Assembly: GCA_016782835.1 (NCBI GenBank)
Contig: JADHXS010000001.1
Coordinates: 8,313-72,312 of the forward strand
DNA length: 64,000 bases
Direction of reading: 5' to 3'
Source of the DNA: Phycisphaerae bacterium
GTDB taxonomy: Bacteria; Planctomycetota; Phycisphaerae; Sedimentisphaerales; Anaerohalosphaeraceae
The notes under the pieces are model-generated. The model saw only the letters and a program-made list of their open reading frames with translations. It did no database searches and was not told the origin of the DNA. The translations under genes and the position numbers were made by a program. This document shows, one piece after another, positions 34,609-45,354 of the stretch (within the stretch, counting starts at the first letter, position 1; each line of letters begins with the position of its first letter).

Positions 34609-36600
34609 TTATTTTTCCAATATCAGTAATGCCTTAGCAGGCATTTCTGATTTCGGCAACACTTCATGCATATTTTGATAAAACTGTATTAGGTCTGCTT
34701 TCAATCCATTATCTGCAAGTGTTTCAAGGCCACCCATATAATATGGACTTAAATTTGCCATTTGTTTCCATATCTGCAAGGCATCTGCTTTATTGCCGGA
34801 CTTTGCGGCAATGATGGCAATTTTGGAATACCATTCTGGTATTTCTGTGACTCCCAAACGAGAACATGCGAAGGGGAACATTTTTTCGGCGTTTTTCCAG
34901 TCACTTACCGCCAAATAGGATTCAAAAAGTGTGAATTGAGCGCTTTCTTTTAATTCTTTGTTGTCGGTATTTTCGACAGCATATTCGAGCAGAGGAATGG
35001 ACCGTTGCGCAAACCGCATCCGATTCATGGCCCAGCCAAGGGTATTGGCACGAGTTGGATCATTACCGAACGCCAAGGTTTCGGCATAAGTAAAGTGCTT
35101 ATCCAAATCCTTGGGGGCGGTACTCACAAGCATACACCATAATAAGCGTTGTTCAGTATTTTCCCATATCGGACGATTTGTAAGCCAATTCCACAGCACC
35201 GGGTCATCTGCGCTGACATACTTTTTAAATTCAGATGCCAACAAATAGGCCGCCCTCTTGCTTGATTCGGCAGTGGCTGGCACCTCTTTGATTTCTTTGC
35301 AGAGTAAAGCAACCGCTTCCGGGTCGCGATGCTGTTGCTGCAAAAACCGGACATAGTCTCCCAGTATTGAACTGCGTCGGTCTTGGTATCCTTTACCGTA
35401 GGGTCGATTGGGTTCCGGCTGAGGAGCCGTAAGAGCAAAACCCTTTAGTAACGCAACCTCCTGCTGGTTAGGTTCGTTGCGACCCCAATAATACCTTGCG
35501 CGTTGCTGCCAGTATTCAGGATTATTTTTAGAGAATTCTTCTTTTGCCTTAATTTGTTCTTCAATCGTTCGCTGTCCGCTCGCCTGCTGTACCCGACCGG
35601 CAAGAAACGCGTTCAAATCAAGGTTGTTTTCTTGTCGTATAGTTGCCGCCTCCACCATCCACTTCTGCGCCTCACTATTATTTCCCAGTTTGAGCAGGCA
35701 TTCAGCCATTGATTCACGCACGTTCACTGCAAACAAAGCACGAAAATTCGTTTGGGGCCTTGCTTGATACATATGGGAAAGGTTTCGTACCTCAGCTTCA
35801 GTAAGGGGAATACTTATGGCTTGCCTGTAAAATTGTATGGCAGATTTCCATTGCTCCAAAGTCTTTAATATTGAGGCAATTTTTGCTGTTTGTGCAGCCG
35901 ATTCGGAATGAACCGTTTCAGCCATCCAGGATAAATCAAGCGTGCTAAATTCCCGTGAGCCAATATGGGTCAAAGCGTCAAGAAATGCAGTAGCACCTTC
36001 AATATTCTGTGGATTTTTGCGTACAATATCCGACAACTTTTGTACCAATTCAGCCGTTTTGCCATATTGGGCGTTGAAGCTCAATCGCTGTTTAATCCAG
36101 TAATTGTCTATTCCCTTCGGCATATTCGCCAGCCATGAATCTACCTGCTCGAAAGTCCATCCCGCTTTTGTCAAGTGCTCCAACAGTCGATTATATAATG
36201 TTAGTTCAGAGATGTTGTCGACAAATATTTCGACCGTTGCTTTGGCAACATCCCAGGCGGCAAACTCGCTACAGGCATCATAATAAATCTCGGCTATTTG
36301 AGGGTTTTCCATCTGAGGGTTTAACGCCTTGAGTTCCTGTAATGCGTCAATGGCCTCTTTATTCATGCCCACTCGCAAAAAAATATTCAGTTTAAACATG
36401 GCATCCTGAGCATTTTTCGGAGTTTTTGCACTAACCTTCGCCACCACTTGGGCAATAGGAATTTGCTGATCCAGCAGTGCAATTTTTGTATCTTGATGTG
36501 ATTTCCACCAATCGGCGGTTTCCTGTGCCTCGATACTACATGGAAAGAAAGACAATATCGTTTGGAGGAATATTATCGTGAGGAATGATTTTGTGCTCAT
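34609..36600 (-). CDS. secreted TPR-like repeat protein, function unknown
   Basis: Signal peptide, then helical repeat composition. Confidence 0.45.
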   Translation of the reverse strand: MSTKSFLTIIFLQTILSFFPCSIEAQETADWWKSHQDTKIALLDQQIPIAQVVAKVSAKTPKNAQDAMFKLNIFLRVGMNKEAIDALQELKALNPQMENPQIAEIYYDACSEFAAWDVAKATVEIFVDNISELTLYNRLLEHLTKAGWTFEQVDSWLANMPKGIDNYWIKQRLSFNAQYGKTAELVQKLSDIVRKNPQNIEGATAFLDALTHIGSREFSTLDLSWMAETVHSESAAQTAKIASILKTLEQWKSAIQFYRQAISIPLTEAEVRNLSHMYQARPQTNFRALFAVNVRESMAECLLKLGNNSEAQKWMVEAATIRQENNLDLNAFLAGRVQQASGQRTIEEQIKAKEEFSKNNPEYWQQRARYYWGRNEPNQQEVALLKGFALTAPQPEPNRPYGKGYQDRRSSILGDYVRFLQQQHRDPEAVALLCKEIKEVPATAESSKRAAYLLASEFKKYVSADDPVLWNWLTNRPIWENTEQRLLWCMLVSTAPKDLDKHFTYAETLAFGNDPTRANTLGWAMNRMRFAQRSIPLLEYAVENTDNKELKESAQFTLFESYLAVSDWKNAEKMFPFACSRLGVTEIPEWYSKIAIIAAKSGNKADALQIWKQMANLSPYYMGGLETLADNGLKADLIQFYQNMHEVLPKSEMPAKALLILEK

Positions 36601-36690
36601 CGTTCTTTCTCTAATAATCAGTTTTGATATTTAAAGAGTAACAACGAACAAAAAGAATTTCAATGTGTATTGTGAGGTTTTACAAAGATT

Positions 36691-37554
36691 TTACAAAACC
36701 ACACTTTTATGCCGGTGGGAGTGGCATTCGATGTTGACGGCGACCGGCAGCGAGGCGATGTGGCACGGGGCGGTCTCGATGCAGACTTTTAGTGCAGTAG
36801 TATCGCCGCCGAGACCCTGCGGGCCAAGGCCGGTAGCGTTAATCGCCGTCAGCAGTTTGTCTTCCATGTCTTGATAAAATGAATCCGCGTGGGGTTCGTC
36901 CATGTGGCGCAGCAATGACTTTTTACTGAGCAGGCAGGACATTTCAAAATCGCCGCCAATGCCGATACCGACCACAAATGGCGGACAGGCATTGGCTCCG
37001 GCATTTTTGACCACATCCACAATCCAACTCATCACGGTTTCTTTCGAGTCGGTGGGGTTGAACATTTTAAACTGGCTTTTGTTTTCACAGCCGCCGCCTT
37101 TAGCCATGACGGAAATCTTAATCCCAGCGCCCGGCACAACCGCATGATGAATAATCGCGGGCGTATTGGTTTGCGTGTTCTTTCGCTCATTGAGCGGTTC
37201 GGCCACCACACTTTTTCGCAGCAGGCCCTTTTCATAACCAGCAGCAATGCCGTCCTGGATCGCATCAATAATTGTCGCGGACGGTTTTCCCGGCGGCGGA
37301 GCGATTACCGTGTTGGCCCCCTGCTCGACAAATACCAGCGCCAGACCCGTATCCTGACAAAGCGGAATCCGCTCAGCGGCGGCAATCTGTGCATTTTCAA
37401 TCAATTGCCCCAAAATACGTTTGGCGCGGAGATTGCTTTCATGCGTCTCGGCATTCCTCAATGCCGTCAAGACGTCAGCGGGCAATTCATAGCCGCATTC
37501 AATACAGAGCTGCTTAACCGGCTCAACAATTTGAATGTATTGAAATGTACGCAT
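36691..37554 (-). CDS. Fe-S hydro-lyase alpha subunit (class I fumarate hydratase / tartrate dehydratase alpha type)
   Basis: PLCQDTG, KGGGCEN, and GIGIGG motifs. No beta subunit is adjacent. Confidence 0.8.
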   Translation of the reverse strand: MRTFQYIQIVEPVKQLCIECGYELPADVLTALRNAETHESNLRAKRILGQLIENAQIAAAERIPLCQDTGLALVFVEQGANTVIAPPPGKPSATIIDAIQDGIAAGYEKGLLRKSVVAEPLNERKNTQTNTPAIIHHAVVPGAGIKISVMAKGGGCENKSQFKMFNPTDSKETVMSWIVDVVKNAGANACPPFVVGIGIGGDFEMSCLLSKKSLLRHMDEPHADSFYQDMEDKLLTAINATGLGPQGLGGDTTALKVCIETAPCHIASLPVAVNIECHSHRHKSVVL

Positions 37555-39740
37555 TACGGAATCGTCACGTCAAAGGTTTGATACATCGTATTATCCAGAT
37601 CATCACTGACGGCCACGGCAATGACATGCTCGCCGGACTTCAGGTCGCTGATGTGAATCGTAAAATTTTCGGCCCGGGTATCATAGACACTGTCCTCTGG
37701 CAACGTCCCCATCCACTGGTCATTGCTGTCCACCGTATACTGTACCTTGCCCACGACTGTATAGGCATCCTCAACAGACAGCCGCAATTGAACCGAATCA
37801 CCGGTTACGTTCACCGCGGACTCTTTAATCTCCGGAGCGGTATTGTCAATGACAACCGGGTCACTGACGCGCGAACCTGTCAGCATTGTCGCGGCGGTAT
37901 TGCTTTTGCGGTCACTGGCGGTCACGCGCACTTCATAGCGGCCGTCTTCCACCGCCCGGCTGTCCCATTCAAACCGCGGCAAATCCAGCTCCTCTTTAAG
38001 CAAAATCCAGACCGTCCGGCCATGCTTGCGGAACTGGAGCGTAAATTCCAGCGTATCCCTATTGTCATCGGAAACCGAAAAACCAATATCATAGACCGTT
38101 GGTTTATTCTTATCCCGGTTGCGCTGAATCTTAATAGCATTGACTTTCGGGGCCAGATTCGGAATCACCGATGCGACGGCGACTTCACGCACCGTCGGCG
38201 ACAAGGCCGAGTCGGAACTTTTCAGCGTCAGGCGATATTGACAAAAACGACCCAACGGGCAATTCAAATCCGCAGGCTGCTTTACCACCACATCCTCCGT
38301 CCAGCCGGAAAAAGTCGGATCGTTCGGCTCTTTGACATTGCCGCTTCGGCTGGCCATTAAAATTTCACATCCGTCAGGAATATCCGCCTCAAGCTGAAGT
38401 TTGCCCCAGCGGGCGGGTTGCCCGGCATCAACCAGGTCGGATTCATAAACACCCTCGCCGGTAAATCCTTTGTCTAACTGCACCAGTCGCGCCGGATTGG
38501 ACAGGCCCAGATATAACGTATCGTTCACCGCCAACAAAGAGGTAACTTGCAAGGACGTTTTGTCTTCATAAAAAACGGACTTTTCTTCGGTATTTGGATT
38601 GACCGTATAGAGCTGGGCCTTGTTGCCCGTCCCCAGCCACAATTTTCCGTCAAACTCCAAAAGCGAATAGAACACCGCAATTTCCGCAAAAATATCCGTC
38701 ACAAAACCATCCGGATTAATTTTGTAAATATGTCCGGCGATTTTAGCCGCAGGCGGTGTGGGCGCTTTGCGTTCGGGTTTGGCTTCCGGCTCTTTTTCAG
38801 GCTCATCTTCCCCGTTGGCGGTATTCAACGAAGCAACCGTATTGGATGTAGATTCTTCTTCGCCCTCATCGTCGTTGTCCGGCCTGCCGGGAGCATTTCT
38901 CATTGACGCGCCGGAGGCTTTTAATTGCAGCATCGCCGCGGCCGCACTCGTCGCGGCCGCAAAAAGATTCCCCTCCCCGTCCATCAGCAGTGAAACCACT
39001 TCATTCTGTTCAGTGTCAAACAGAACCGTCGCACGTTTGGTTTCGGGGTCGATTTTGTAAACAAGCCCGCGCTGGCCACCGCCGGCATAAACCATCCCAT
39101 CCCTGACAAGCAGTGACAGGATGTTCTTGTCACGAGCCTCATAAATGACCTCGGGATTCTGACAAAATGCGTTCAATCGGTAAACCAGCCCGTTCGGCCC
39201 GGTCGCTAAGTAAACATTGTTCGCCTCATCCAGGGCAATGGCAAAAATATAGTGTACTCTTTCGTCTTCAAAAACAACTTCCGGCCCTTTTGCTAATCGA
39301 ACCAGCTTGCCTTTTTTGCCGCTGATACCAATCAGCAGCCTGCCCGCCAAATCGTTGGCCATCGCAAACACATGTTCATTACGAATGGACGTCCCCGAAC
39401 CATCGCCTTTATCCATCGGATAGACTTTGTCGATGCGACCGTTCGTATAGCGAAGAACATTAGCATCCGGTCCGGTTCCCAGATAGACCACACCGTCGGC
39501 GTCAGCCATCATTGTATGAATCGACCATGCATCTTTCAACAAACCGCCGGTATCAATCTGTGTGATTTGAGGGGCCAGGCGAATCAATCCCGTTGAATCG
39601 ATAACCACTTGCTTCGTTTCACCCTTCAAAAAGTCGGCACTGCTGTTATGACGTGTAATCACCGAGGTCACCGCCTGGCTGAACGAAACGATTATCAATG
39701 AAAAACAAAGCACGGCTGTCGCGTAGAGTTTAACTTTCAT
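37554..39740 (-). CDS. secreted beta-propeller-like repeat protein with Ig/FN3-like C-terminus and an acidic insert
   Basis: Signal peptide, repeated YLGTG/YLATGPNG/WLGTGN strands. Stop overlaps the next ATG (TAATG). Confidence 0.45.
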   Translation of the reverse strand: MKVKLYATAVLCFSLIIVSFSQAVTSVITRHNSSADFLKGETKQVVIDSTGLIRLAPQITQIDTGGLLKDAWSIHTMMADADGVVYLGTGPDANVLRYTNGRIDKVYPMDKGDGSGTSIRNEHVFAMANDLAGRLLIGISGKKGKLVRLAKGPEVVFEDERVHYIFAIALDEANNVYLATGPNGLVYRLNAFCQNPEVIYEARDKNILSLLVRDGMVYAGGGQRGLVYKIDPETKRATVLFDTEQNEVVSLLMDGEGNLFAAATSAAAAMLQLKASGASMRNAPGRPDNDDEGEEESTSNTVASLNTANGEDEPEKEPEAKPERKAPTPPAAKIAGHIYKINPDGFVTDIFAEIAVFYSLLEFDGKLWLGTGNKAQLYTVNPNTEEKSVFYEDKTSLQVTSLLAVNDTLYLGLSNPARLVQLDKGFTGEGVYESDLVDAGQPARWGKLQLEADIPDGCEILMASRSGNVKEPNDPTFSGWTEDVVVKQPADLNCPLGRFCQYRLTLKSSDSALSPTVREVAVASVIPNLAPKVNAIKIQRNRDKNKPTVYDIGFSVSDDNRDTLEFTLQFRKHGRTVWILLKEELDLPRFEWDSRAVEDGRYEVRVTASDRKSNTAATMLTGSRVSDPVVIDNTAPEIKESAVNVTGDSVQLRLSVEDAYTVVGKVQYTVDSNDQWMGTLPEDSVYDTRAENFTIHISDLKSGEHVIAVAVSDDLDNTMYQTFDVTIP

Positions 39741-39762
39741 GCATCAATTCCTTATTATCTGA

Positions 39763-41547
39763 TTATTCAACCATAATTTCAATTTCAGCGCCGCCCTGCA
39801 CAATCTTATCCAGGTCAATCCGACTTTCTGTCCAATCCTGATAGGCCGTCACCGGACGCAGACGTTTATCATCCTGCATCAACAGCATTTTAGTCTGCGG
39901 AAGCTGGGGCAATTCATGCTGCTGCAGAACGATTCCCGTAGCCGGTATCGGCATAACCGCATACAGACCATCATTGCGAAAACCGGTCACACGCCGCAGC
40001 GCCTCCATCAGGGTCTCGGCATCAAATGCCCGAAAACGCTGTGGAGCTAAGTTAGCAACAAAACGCCGGTAATTGCTGCCTCCCATCACCTGAATGGTAT
40101 ATTTGCCCGATGAAAGCGTCTCGGGAATCTTAAATTCAATGACGGTGGCGGATTCTTCCGAACGAAACGATATCAGCGTAACTGAAATTGAGATTGTCTG
40201 TCCCGGCCTGACGCGGGTTCCGGAAACATCCACCGCACGAATACCCGCAGAGCCGTCCCCGGAAGTAATTTCGACGGTTGCGTCAATGGATTCGAGCTCC
40301 AATTCCTTAAACGGATTATTCAGGGCAAGCGCAGCAATGGAATACAGATTCTGCTCGATATCCGACGTACTCTGGCCGGAAGAGATGTTTTTAAGAATCA
40401 GCGGTTCCTGTCCCTTAATCTTCACCTGCGATTCATACCGCACGGTGTGTTCCGGCGGCAGCGGCCCCTGCAACAGCGCCGCCCCGTTCAGAGCCAACTG
40501 AAGAATCAGCGGCGTGTACATGCGATCACTGGCAAGATAACAGTTATATGTTCGCGACTCAGGAGCATTCTCCCGATGAACCCGGATTGTCAGCGGAATA
40601 GTTTTGGGCGCGACTCCAATCGTACCGCGAACACCGAATGACTGGTCAAACTGAAGTGTTCCCAGAACAGGTCCCGGCGACGAAAATTTAAACGAGCTGT
40701 TTCGACCGGCGACCACCGCATGAACGACTCCGGCGGTTATCGGCAAATTCGTCGGCCCCTGCCCTTTAAAATTGTGTCCAAATCCATAGATCTGGTCACC
40801 AAGAATGTCCGTAACCGTACCGGTAGCCGCAAGCGAAATATCCCCGCCGCATAAAACCACCGACAGCACACCGCCACGTTCAAAATCGGTCGCTTCGCTG
40901 ACCGTCGGCAGCGTAGCCGGTGCACTGACCGGGATAAAGCCCATTTGATGCAGCGGCACACGAAACGAATCACAGACCTGTGAAGGCAGCGAACTGCTGA
41001 GTGGGATGAGCATTCCCTGCTCGCCTGCGCAATTCTGCAACTGGTCCATCGACTGCCGGTAAACATCTGCCAAATTCATCGGGCCGGACAAATCAAAATG
41101 AAAGACCGCCTCTGAAGTCGTATCCGGAGGACTTTCAACGCTTCCTACCTCCAGCATATCCTCTATCGGACGCACCATATACAGCGCATCCAGCGAACCG
41201 TCCCAGCCGGCCGCCAACGCTCCCGCCAACCGACCATCAATAAACACCGGTGAACCGCTGCAGCCGTGAATCGTTCCGGCATGCTGAAATCGCTCATCGG
41301 TTCCAATCACCAATATCATGTTTTGTCCCGGGCGATACCCCCGCACCACACTGAGCACCTTCAACCCAAAACGCTCGACCTGGGTCCCGGAAAAAACAGT
41401 CAGGCAATAAGCCTCCATATCCGCCTGGATTTCATCGAGGAAAATATATTTTGTAGTATCCACCCCCGCAGCTTTTAAATTCAAACAAAAAAGAGGAAGA
41501 ATAAACAAAACCAAACAGAAAGATACGGAAATCCCGTGTTTTCTCAT
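39763..41547 (-). CDS. secreted SpoIVB/S55-like serine peptidase domain protein
   Basis: Signal peptide. The HGCSGSPVFIDGRLAGAL segment resembles the S55 catalytic Ser region. Confidence 0.5.
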   Translation of the reverse strand: MRKHGISVSFCLVLFILPLFCLNLKAAGVDTTKYIFLDEIQADMEAYCLTVFSGTQVERFGLKVLSVVRGYRPGQNMILVIGTDERFQHAGTIHGCSGSPVFIDGRLAGALAAGWDGSLDALYMVRPIEDMLEVGSVESPPDTTSEAVFHFDLSGPMNLADVYRQSMDQLQNCAGEQGMLIPLSSSLPSQVCDSFRVPLHQMGFIPVSAPATLPTVSEATDFERGGVLSVVLCGGDISLAATGTVTDILGDQIYGFGHNFKGQGPTNLPITAGVVHAVVAGRNSSFKFSSPGPVLGTLQFDQSFGVRGTIGVAPKTIPLTIRVHRENAPESRTYNCYLASDRMYTPLILQLALNGAALLQGPLPPEHTVRYESQVKIKGQEPLILKNISSGQSTSDIEQNLYSIAALALNNPFKELELESIDATVEITSGDGSAGIRAVDVSGTRVRPGQTISISVTLISFRSEESATVIEFKIPETLSSGKYTIQVMGGSNYRRFVANLAPQRFRAFDAETLMEALRRVTGFRNDGLYAVMPIPATGIVLQQHELPQLPQTKMLLMQDDKRLRPVTAYQDWTESRIDLDKIVQGGAEIEIMVE

Positions 41548-41749
41548 AGAGTCAGTCCCTGCTTTCCAACGATTTACATTCTTTTGAGTAATTTATTAGT
41601 ATCGCTAAACAGTTATTGCATGTCAAAAGCATTTTTTCTATAATGCCCCTTTTATATAGAACACCGCGAGCACAGATAGCGCCAACGCGGCAGAAACGCT
41701 TATTGGAAAAGACGAATATTAACCGGTTAAATCGATTGAGAGGTAAACC

Positions 41750-42568
41750 ATGGATTCCGAACATCGCCATGAATTGAAAACCAACGAACTGGCAGATTTG
41801 CTGGCTCATTTTCCGGAGTTTCTCAAAAGAAACGTTAATCCCATTATCGGCATTTCCCTAATCGTTATCGGGCTGATTACCTGGCCGATGTTTACAAAAA
41901 TGAGCCGCCAAAAGACCATCACCGAAGAAAGTCAGGTCTCTAAATCGATTCAGATGCTGGGGCAGGATATCGGCCAGGCACTTCAAAGCTATCAAAGCGC
42001 CCCGGAACAATTGAATCCGGCACTGAGTACAATTTTGGTCAATGCCAACGCACTGATAGACCTGACCGGCGAAACCGACAACCCCAATCTGGCGGCGCTG
42101 GCCTACATCAAGGCCGCTCAGGCCATTCGAACCGAACTGCACTTGAGAAAAGAAATCGTCAGTCCGGAAATACTCGATACGCAAACTCAAAAAGCGCAGG
42201 AAGCGTATGAAAAGGCGGCTCAAATGGCTGTGATTCCAACCATGAAGGCGATGGCACAATTCGGAACAGCCCTTTGCACCGAAGAACGCGGCCAAACACA
42301 GCAGGCCGCCGAAATCTATAGGGCGATTATTGATGATGCCGGTTTCGCCGCAACGGTTTTCCCCAAGCTGGCTCAACAGCGGCTGGACAGCCTTGACGAC
42401 AACGCCGAATCCTTCACGTTTGTTGAAACAGCACCGGTAGAAAGCGAAGAAGCACCTTCAACCGAAGTCATGCAGACTCCCGAAGCAACCACGGTAGAGG
42501 CCGAACCTGCCGAGACACCGCCTCCGGCAGCAGAGACCGAAATCGTCGAACCAGACAGCGAAGAATAA
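41750..42568 (+). CDS. membrane-anchored helical (YfgM/TPR-like) protein with an acidic tail
   Basis: MDSEHRHELKTNELADLL, one TM segment, then a helical region. Confidence 0.4.
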   Translation: MDSEHRHELKTNELADLLAHFPEFLKRNVNPIIGISLIVIGLITWPMFTKMSRQKTITEESQVSKSIQMLGQDIGQALQSYQSAPEQLNPALSTILVNANALIDLTGETDNPNLAALAYIKAAQAIRTELHLRKEIVSPEILDTQTQKAQEAYEKAAQMAVIPTMKAMAQFGTALCTEERGQTQQAAEIYRAIIDDAGFAATVFPKLAQQRLDSLDDNAESFTFVETAPVESEEAPSTEVMQTPEATTVEAEPAETPPPAAETEIVEPDSEE

Positions 42569-42574
42569 TCTCGA

Positions 42575-43666
42575 ATGTCCGAAACCCAAAAGCCATCTTC
42601 CTTTGACGATACAAATCCATCCGATGAAATTCCGCTGATTGAGCAGGAGACAATCGATCTGGACAAGACCCTGACCGAAGACGAAGCCGATGAGCTGGCC
42701 GGTCAGCAGGTGCGTTTTCGTGTGGGAAATAATCTTAAGTTTAATCGTCTGGATAAATATCTCGGCGGGCGATTTAGTTGCTTCAGCCGGACTAAGCTGC
42801 AACAGCTCATCAAAGAACAGGGCGTCAATGTCAACGGCCGGCCCGCCAAACCCAGTTGCAAACTCCAGCCCGGTGATGAAATCGATTTAATCCTGCCCGT
42901 TCGTGAACTGCGAGAGTTGGTTCCGGAAGACATCCCGATCAACGTCCTGTATGAGGATGATTATATCATTGTCATCAATAAACAGCCGGACCTGATCGTC
43001 CACCCGGCCCGCGGTTACAAACACGGCACGCTTGTCAATGGGTTGGTGTATCATTTTCAGAATCTGTCGTCGTGTCCTGAAGACCTTCGCCCCGGCATTG
43101 TCCATCGGCTTGACCGCAATACCACAGGCTGCCTGGTGGTCGCCAAAGATGACACGTCTCACTGGAAGCTGTCCCGCCAATTTGCCGAGCGCACCACCAA
43201 GAAAACCTATATCGCCATCATTCACGGTACGCCTCAACTGGATGCGGACGTCATCAACCAGCCCCTGGGGGTACATCCCACCAGGCGGGAAAAATACGCG
43301 ATTCGCCATGACATCGGCAAAGAAGCGGTTACCATCTATGAAGTGCTGGAAGCGTTTCGTGGGTATTCACTCGTTCAGCTTGACCTGAAAACAGGACGAA
43401 CGCATCAAATCCGCGTCCACCTGTCATACATCAAACATCCCATCGCTGCCGACGACATGTACGGCGGCAAAGTTGTCTATCCGTGGCAGATTGAAGACTG
43501 CGACGCGGTGCCGGAAGAACCGCTGATCGCTCGCTGTGCCCTGCACGCATGGAAACTGGAAATCACTCACCCGGCCACCAATGAACGCATGACGTTCGAA
43601 GCTCCTCTGCCGGATGATATGCAAAACCTGCTCGACAATTTACGGAAATACCGTAAACAGGTCTAA
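42575..43666 (+). CDS. rluD: RluA-family 23S rRNA pseudouridine synthase (RluD-like, S4 domain)
   Basis: The HRLDRNTTG catalytic motif, an N-terminal S4-like RLDKYL segment, and GRTHQIRVH. Confidence 0.85.
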   Translation: MSETQKPSSFDDTNPSDEIPLIEQETIDLDKTLTEDEADELAGQQVRFRVGNNLKFNRLDKYLGGRFSCFSRTKLQQLIKEQGVNVNGRPAKPSCKLQPGDEIDLILPVRELRELVPEDIPINVLYEDDYIIVINKQPDLIVHPARGYKHGTLVNGLVYHFQNLSSCPEDLRPGIVHRLDRNTTGCLVVAKDDTSHWKLSRQFAERTTKKTYIAIIHGTPQLDADVINQPLGVHPTRREKYAIRHDIGKEAVTIYEVLEAFRGYSLVQLDLKTGRTHQIRVHLSYIKHPIAADDMYGGKVVYPWQIEDCDAVPEEPLIARCALHAWKLEITHPATNERMTFEAPLPDDMQNLLDNLRKYRKQV

Positions 43667-43778
43667 AAACACTGGCACAAGATCTGTCCGCAATTCATCG
43701 GCATTCTCATTGCTTTAAGACAGGATTTTGGTACAATCCAGCAGTCAGAGCCCAAAACATAACCAAGGAGTACGTCTC

Positions 43779-44441
43779 ATGGAACAACAAAACTGGTTCT
43801 ATCGACTGAATAATCAGCAAGTCGGTCCTGTTGCACAGGAACAAATCATACAACTAATGATACAGTGTATTCTTACGGCTGACTCGTATGTCTGGGCCGA
43901 AGGCATGGAAAACTGGCAGCGCATCGAGCAAATCCCGGAGCTTGCCGCATTCATGCCGACCGGTCAAGCCCCGCAACGTCCTAAATCCGTAACGGTATTG
44001 GGCATTCTGAATATTGTTTTCGGGGGACTGACATTGCTGTGCGCACCGTTTGGGATTATCAGTTTATTGATGCCGCAGCCAAACAGTCCGTTTCAAATGA
44101 CCGAGATGATGAAATTGTTTTCACTCGTTGGTTACGGCATCGGTTTTGTGTTCGCGATTGTATTATTAGCCAGCGGCATCGGTCTGCTGAACCTGAAAAA
44201 ATGGGCACGGCAGGCGGCTTACCTATATGGATGGTTTGCGATTTGCTGGGGGATTCTCGGAACAATCGCCAATGGTATTATGTTCAGTTCGAGCCTGAGC
44301 AACGTTTCGCCGGAAGCAATGCCGGTAGTGGTCGGCGGCATCATCGGCGGGATGTGCGGAGGACTCATCGGGTTGATTTATCCGGTCGTTCTCATTATCT
44401 TTTTAAGAAAACCCCATGTCATACAAGCCTGCAATAAGTGA
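43779..44441 (+). CDS. GYF_2 (DUF4339) domain membrane protein
   Basis: ATG 43779 follows AAGGAG. WFYRLNNQQVGPV...VWAEGMENWQRIEQIPEL, then 4 TM segments. Confidence 0.6.
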   Translation: MEQQNWFYRLNNQQVGPVAQEQIIQLMIQCILTADSYVWAEGMENWQRIEQIPELAAFMPTGQAPQRPKSVTVLGILNIVFGGLTLLCAPFGIISLLMPQPNSPFQMTEMMKLFSLVGYGIGFVFAIVLLASGIGLLNLKKWARQAAYLYGWFAICWGILGTIANGIMFSSSLSNVSPEAMPVVVGGIIGGMCGGLIGLIYPVVLIIFLRKPHVIQACNK

Positions 44442-44444
44442 CGG

Positions 44445-45302
44445 TTACTGGCAGGCTTTGATATATTTGACTACGGCGTCATCTTCGTTGCTGCCGATGA
44501 TTTTGTTGGCGTGTTGTTTTAATTCTTCTTCGGCGTTGGCGACGGCGATGCCGGTTCCGGCCAGTTGAAGCATTTTGATATCGTTGATATGGTCCCCGAA
44601 CACCGTCAGATTTTCTAATTTATGGCCGGTTATTTCCACCAGCGTCTGGATAGCTTTAGACTTGCACGCCCGCCAGTCATGGATGGTCAGCCACCAGTGC
44701 CCCGGACTGTAGGGGTTTTCAAACAGAAAATTTTCCAAACGTCCCGGATACTTTGCCGCCAGCAGCTTTGACAAGGCCCTGACATTTTCCGGCGGGCCCA
44801 TCACCGCAAAGGCAATCACCTTTTCAGCAAGGGCATGATTTAAATCCTCGGTCCGGCGGATGCGTTTGTCCTTGTGCACATGCAGGATGTCATGATACCA
44901 TTGCATCTGTTCATTTTTCAAATCCTGCCAGTACAGGCAGTCTTCCGTGCCATTATGCGTCACGATAAACGGCAATAAATCTTCTTTGAGAATATGCTGA
45001 TAGATTGTTTGTGCAAAATCGTTTTCAATGTTGTTAATCACCAGATGCCTGCCCGTTGCATACTCGGTAATAAACGCCCCGTTAATGGCAATCACCGGCA
45101 GCGTCAACGGCAAATCGCGCAGCACCGGCACAATCTCCCCCCACGCCCGCGCACTGGCAACGGTAAAATGGATGCCCTCGCCGAGTAGTTCCGCCAACAT
45201 CCGGAGGCTGTAAGCCGAAAGCGCCCCATCACTACGCAACAGCGTCCCATCTAAATCCGATATAAATATCTTTTGATGTTCCATTTTCACTATTTTAGAC
45301 AC
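44445..45302 (-). CDS. Cof-type HAD-IIB hydrolase
   Basis: ISDLDGTLL motif I and GDHINDIKML motif IV. Confidence 0.75.
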   Translation of the reverse strand: MSKIVKMEHQKIFISDLDGTLLRSDGALSAYSLRMLAELLGEGIHFTVASARAWGEIVPVLRDLPLTLPVIAINGAFITEYATGRHLVINNIENDFAQTIYQHILKEDLLPFIVTHNGTEDCLYWQDLKNEQMQWYHDILHVHKDKRIRRTEDLNHALAEKVIAFAVMGPPENVRALSKLLAAKYPGRLENFLFENPYSPGHWWLTIHDWRACKSKAIQTLVEITGHKLENLTVFGDHINDIKMLQLAGTGIAVANAEEELKQHANKIIGSNEDDAVVKYIKACQ

Positions 45303-45354
45303 AGATTAACTTTAGCTATTCACAAAGAAAAAAGTTTCGAGAAATGATCGTTTG

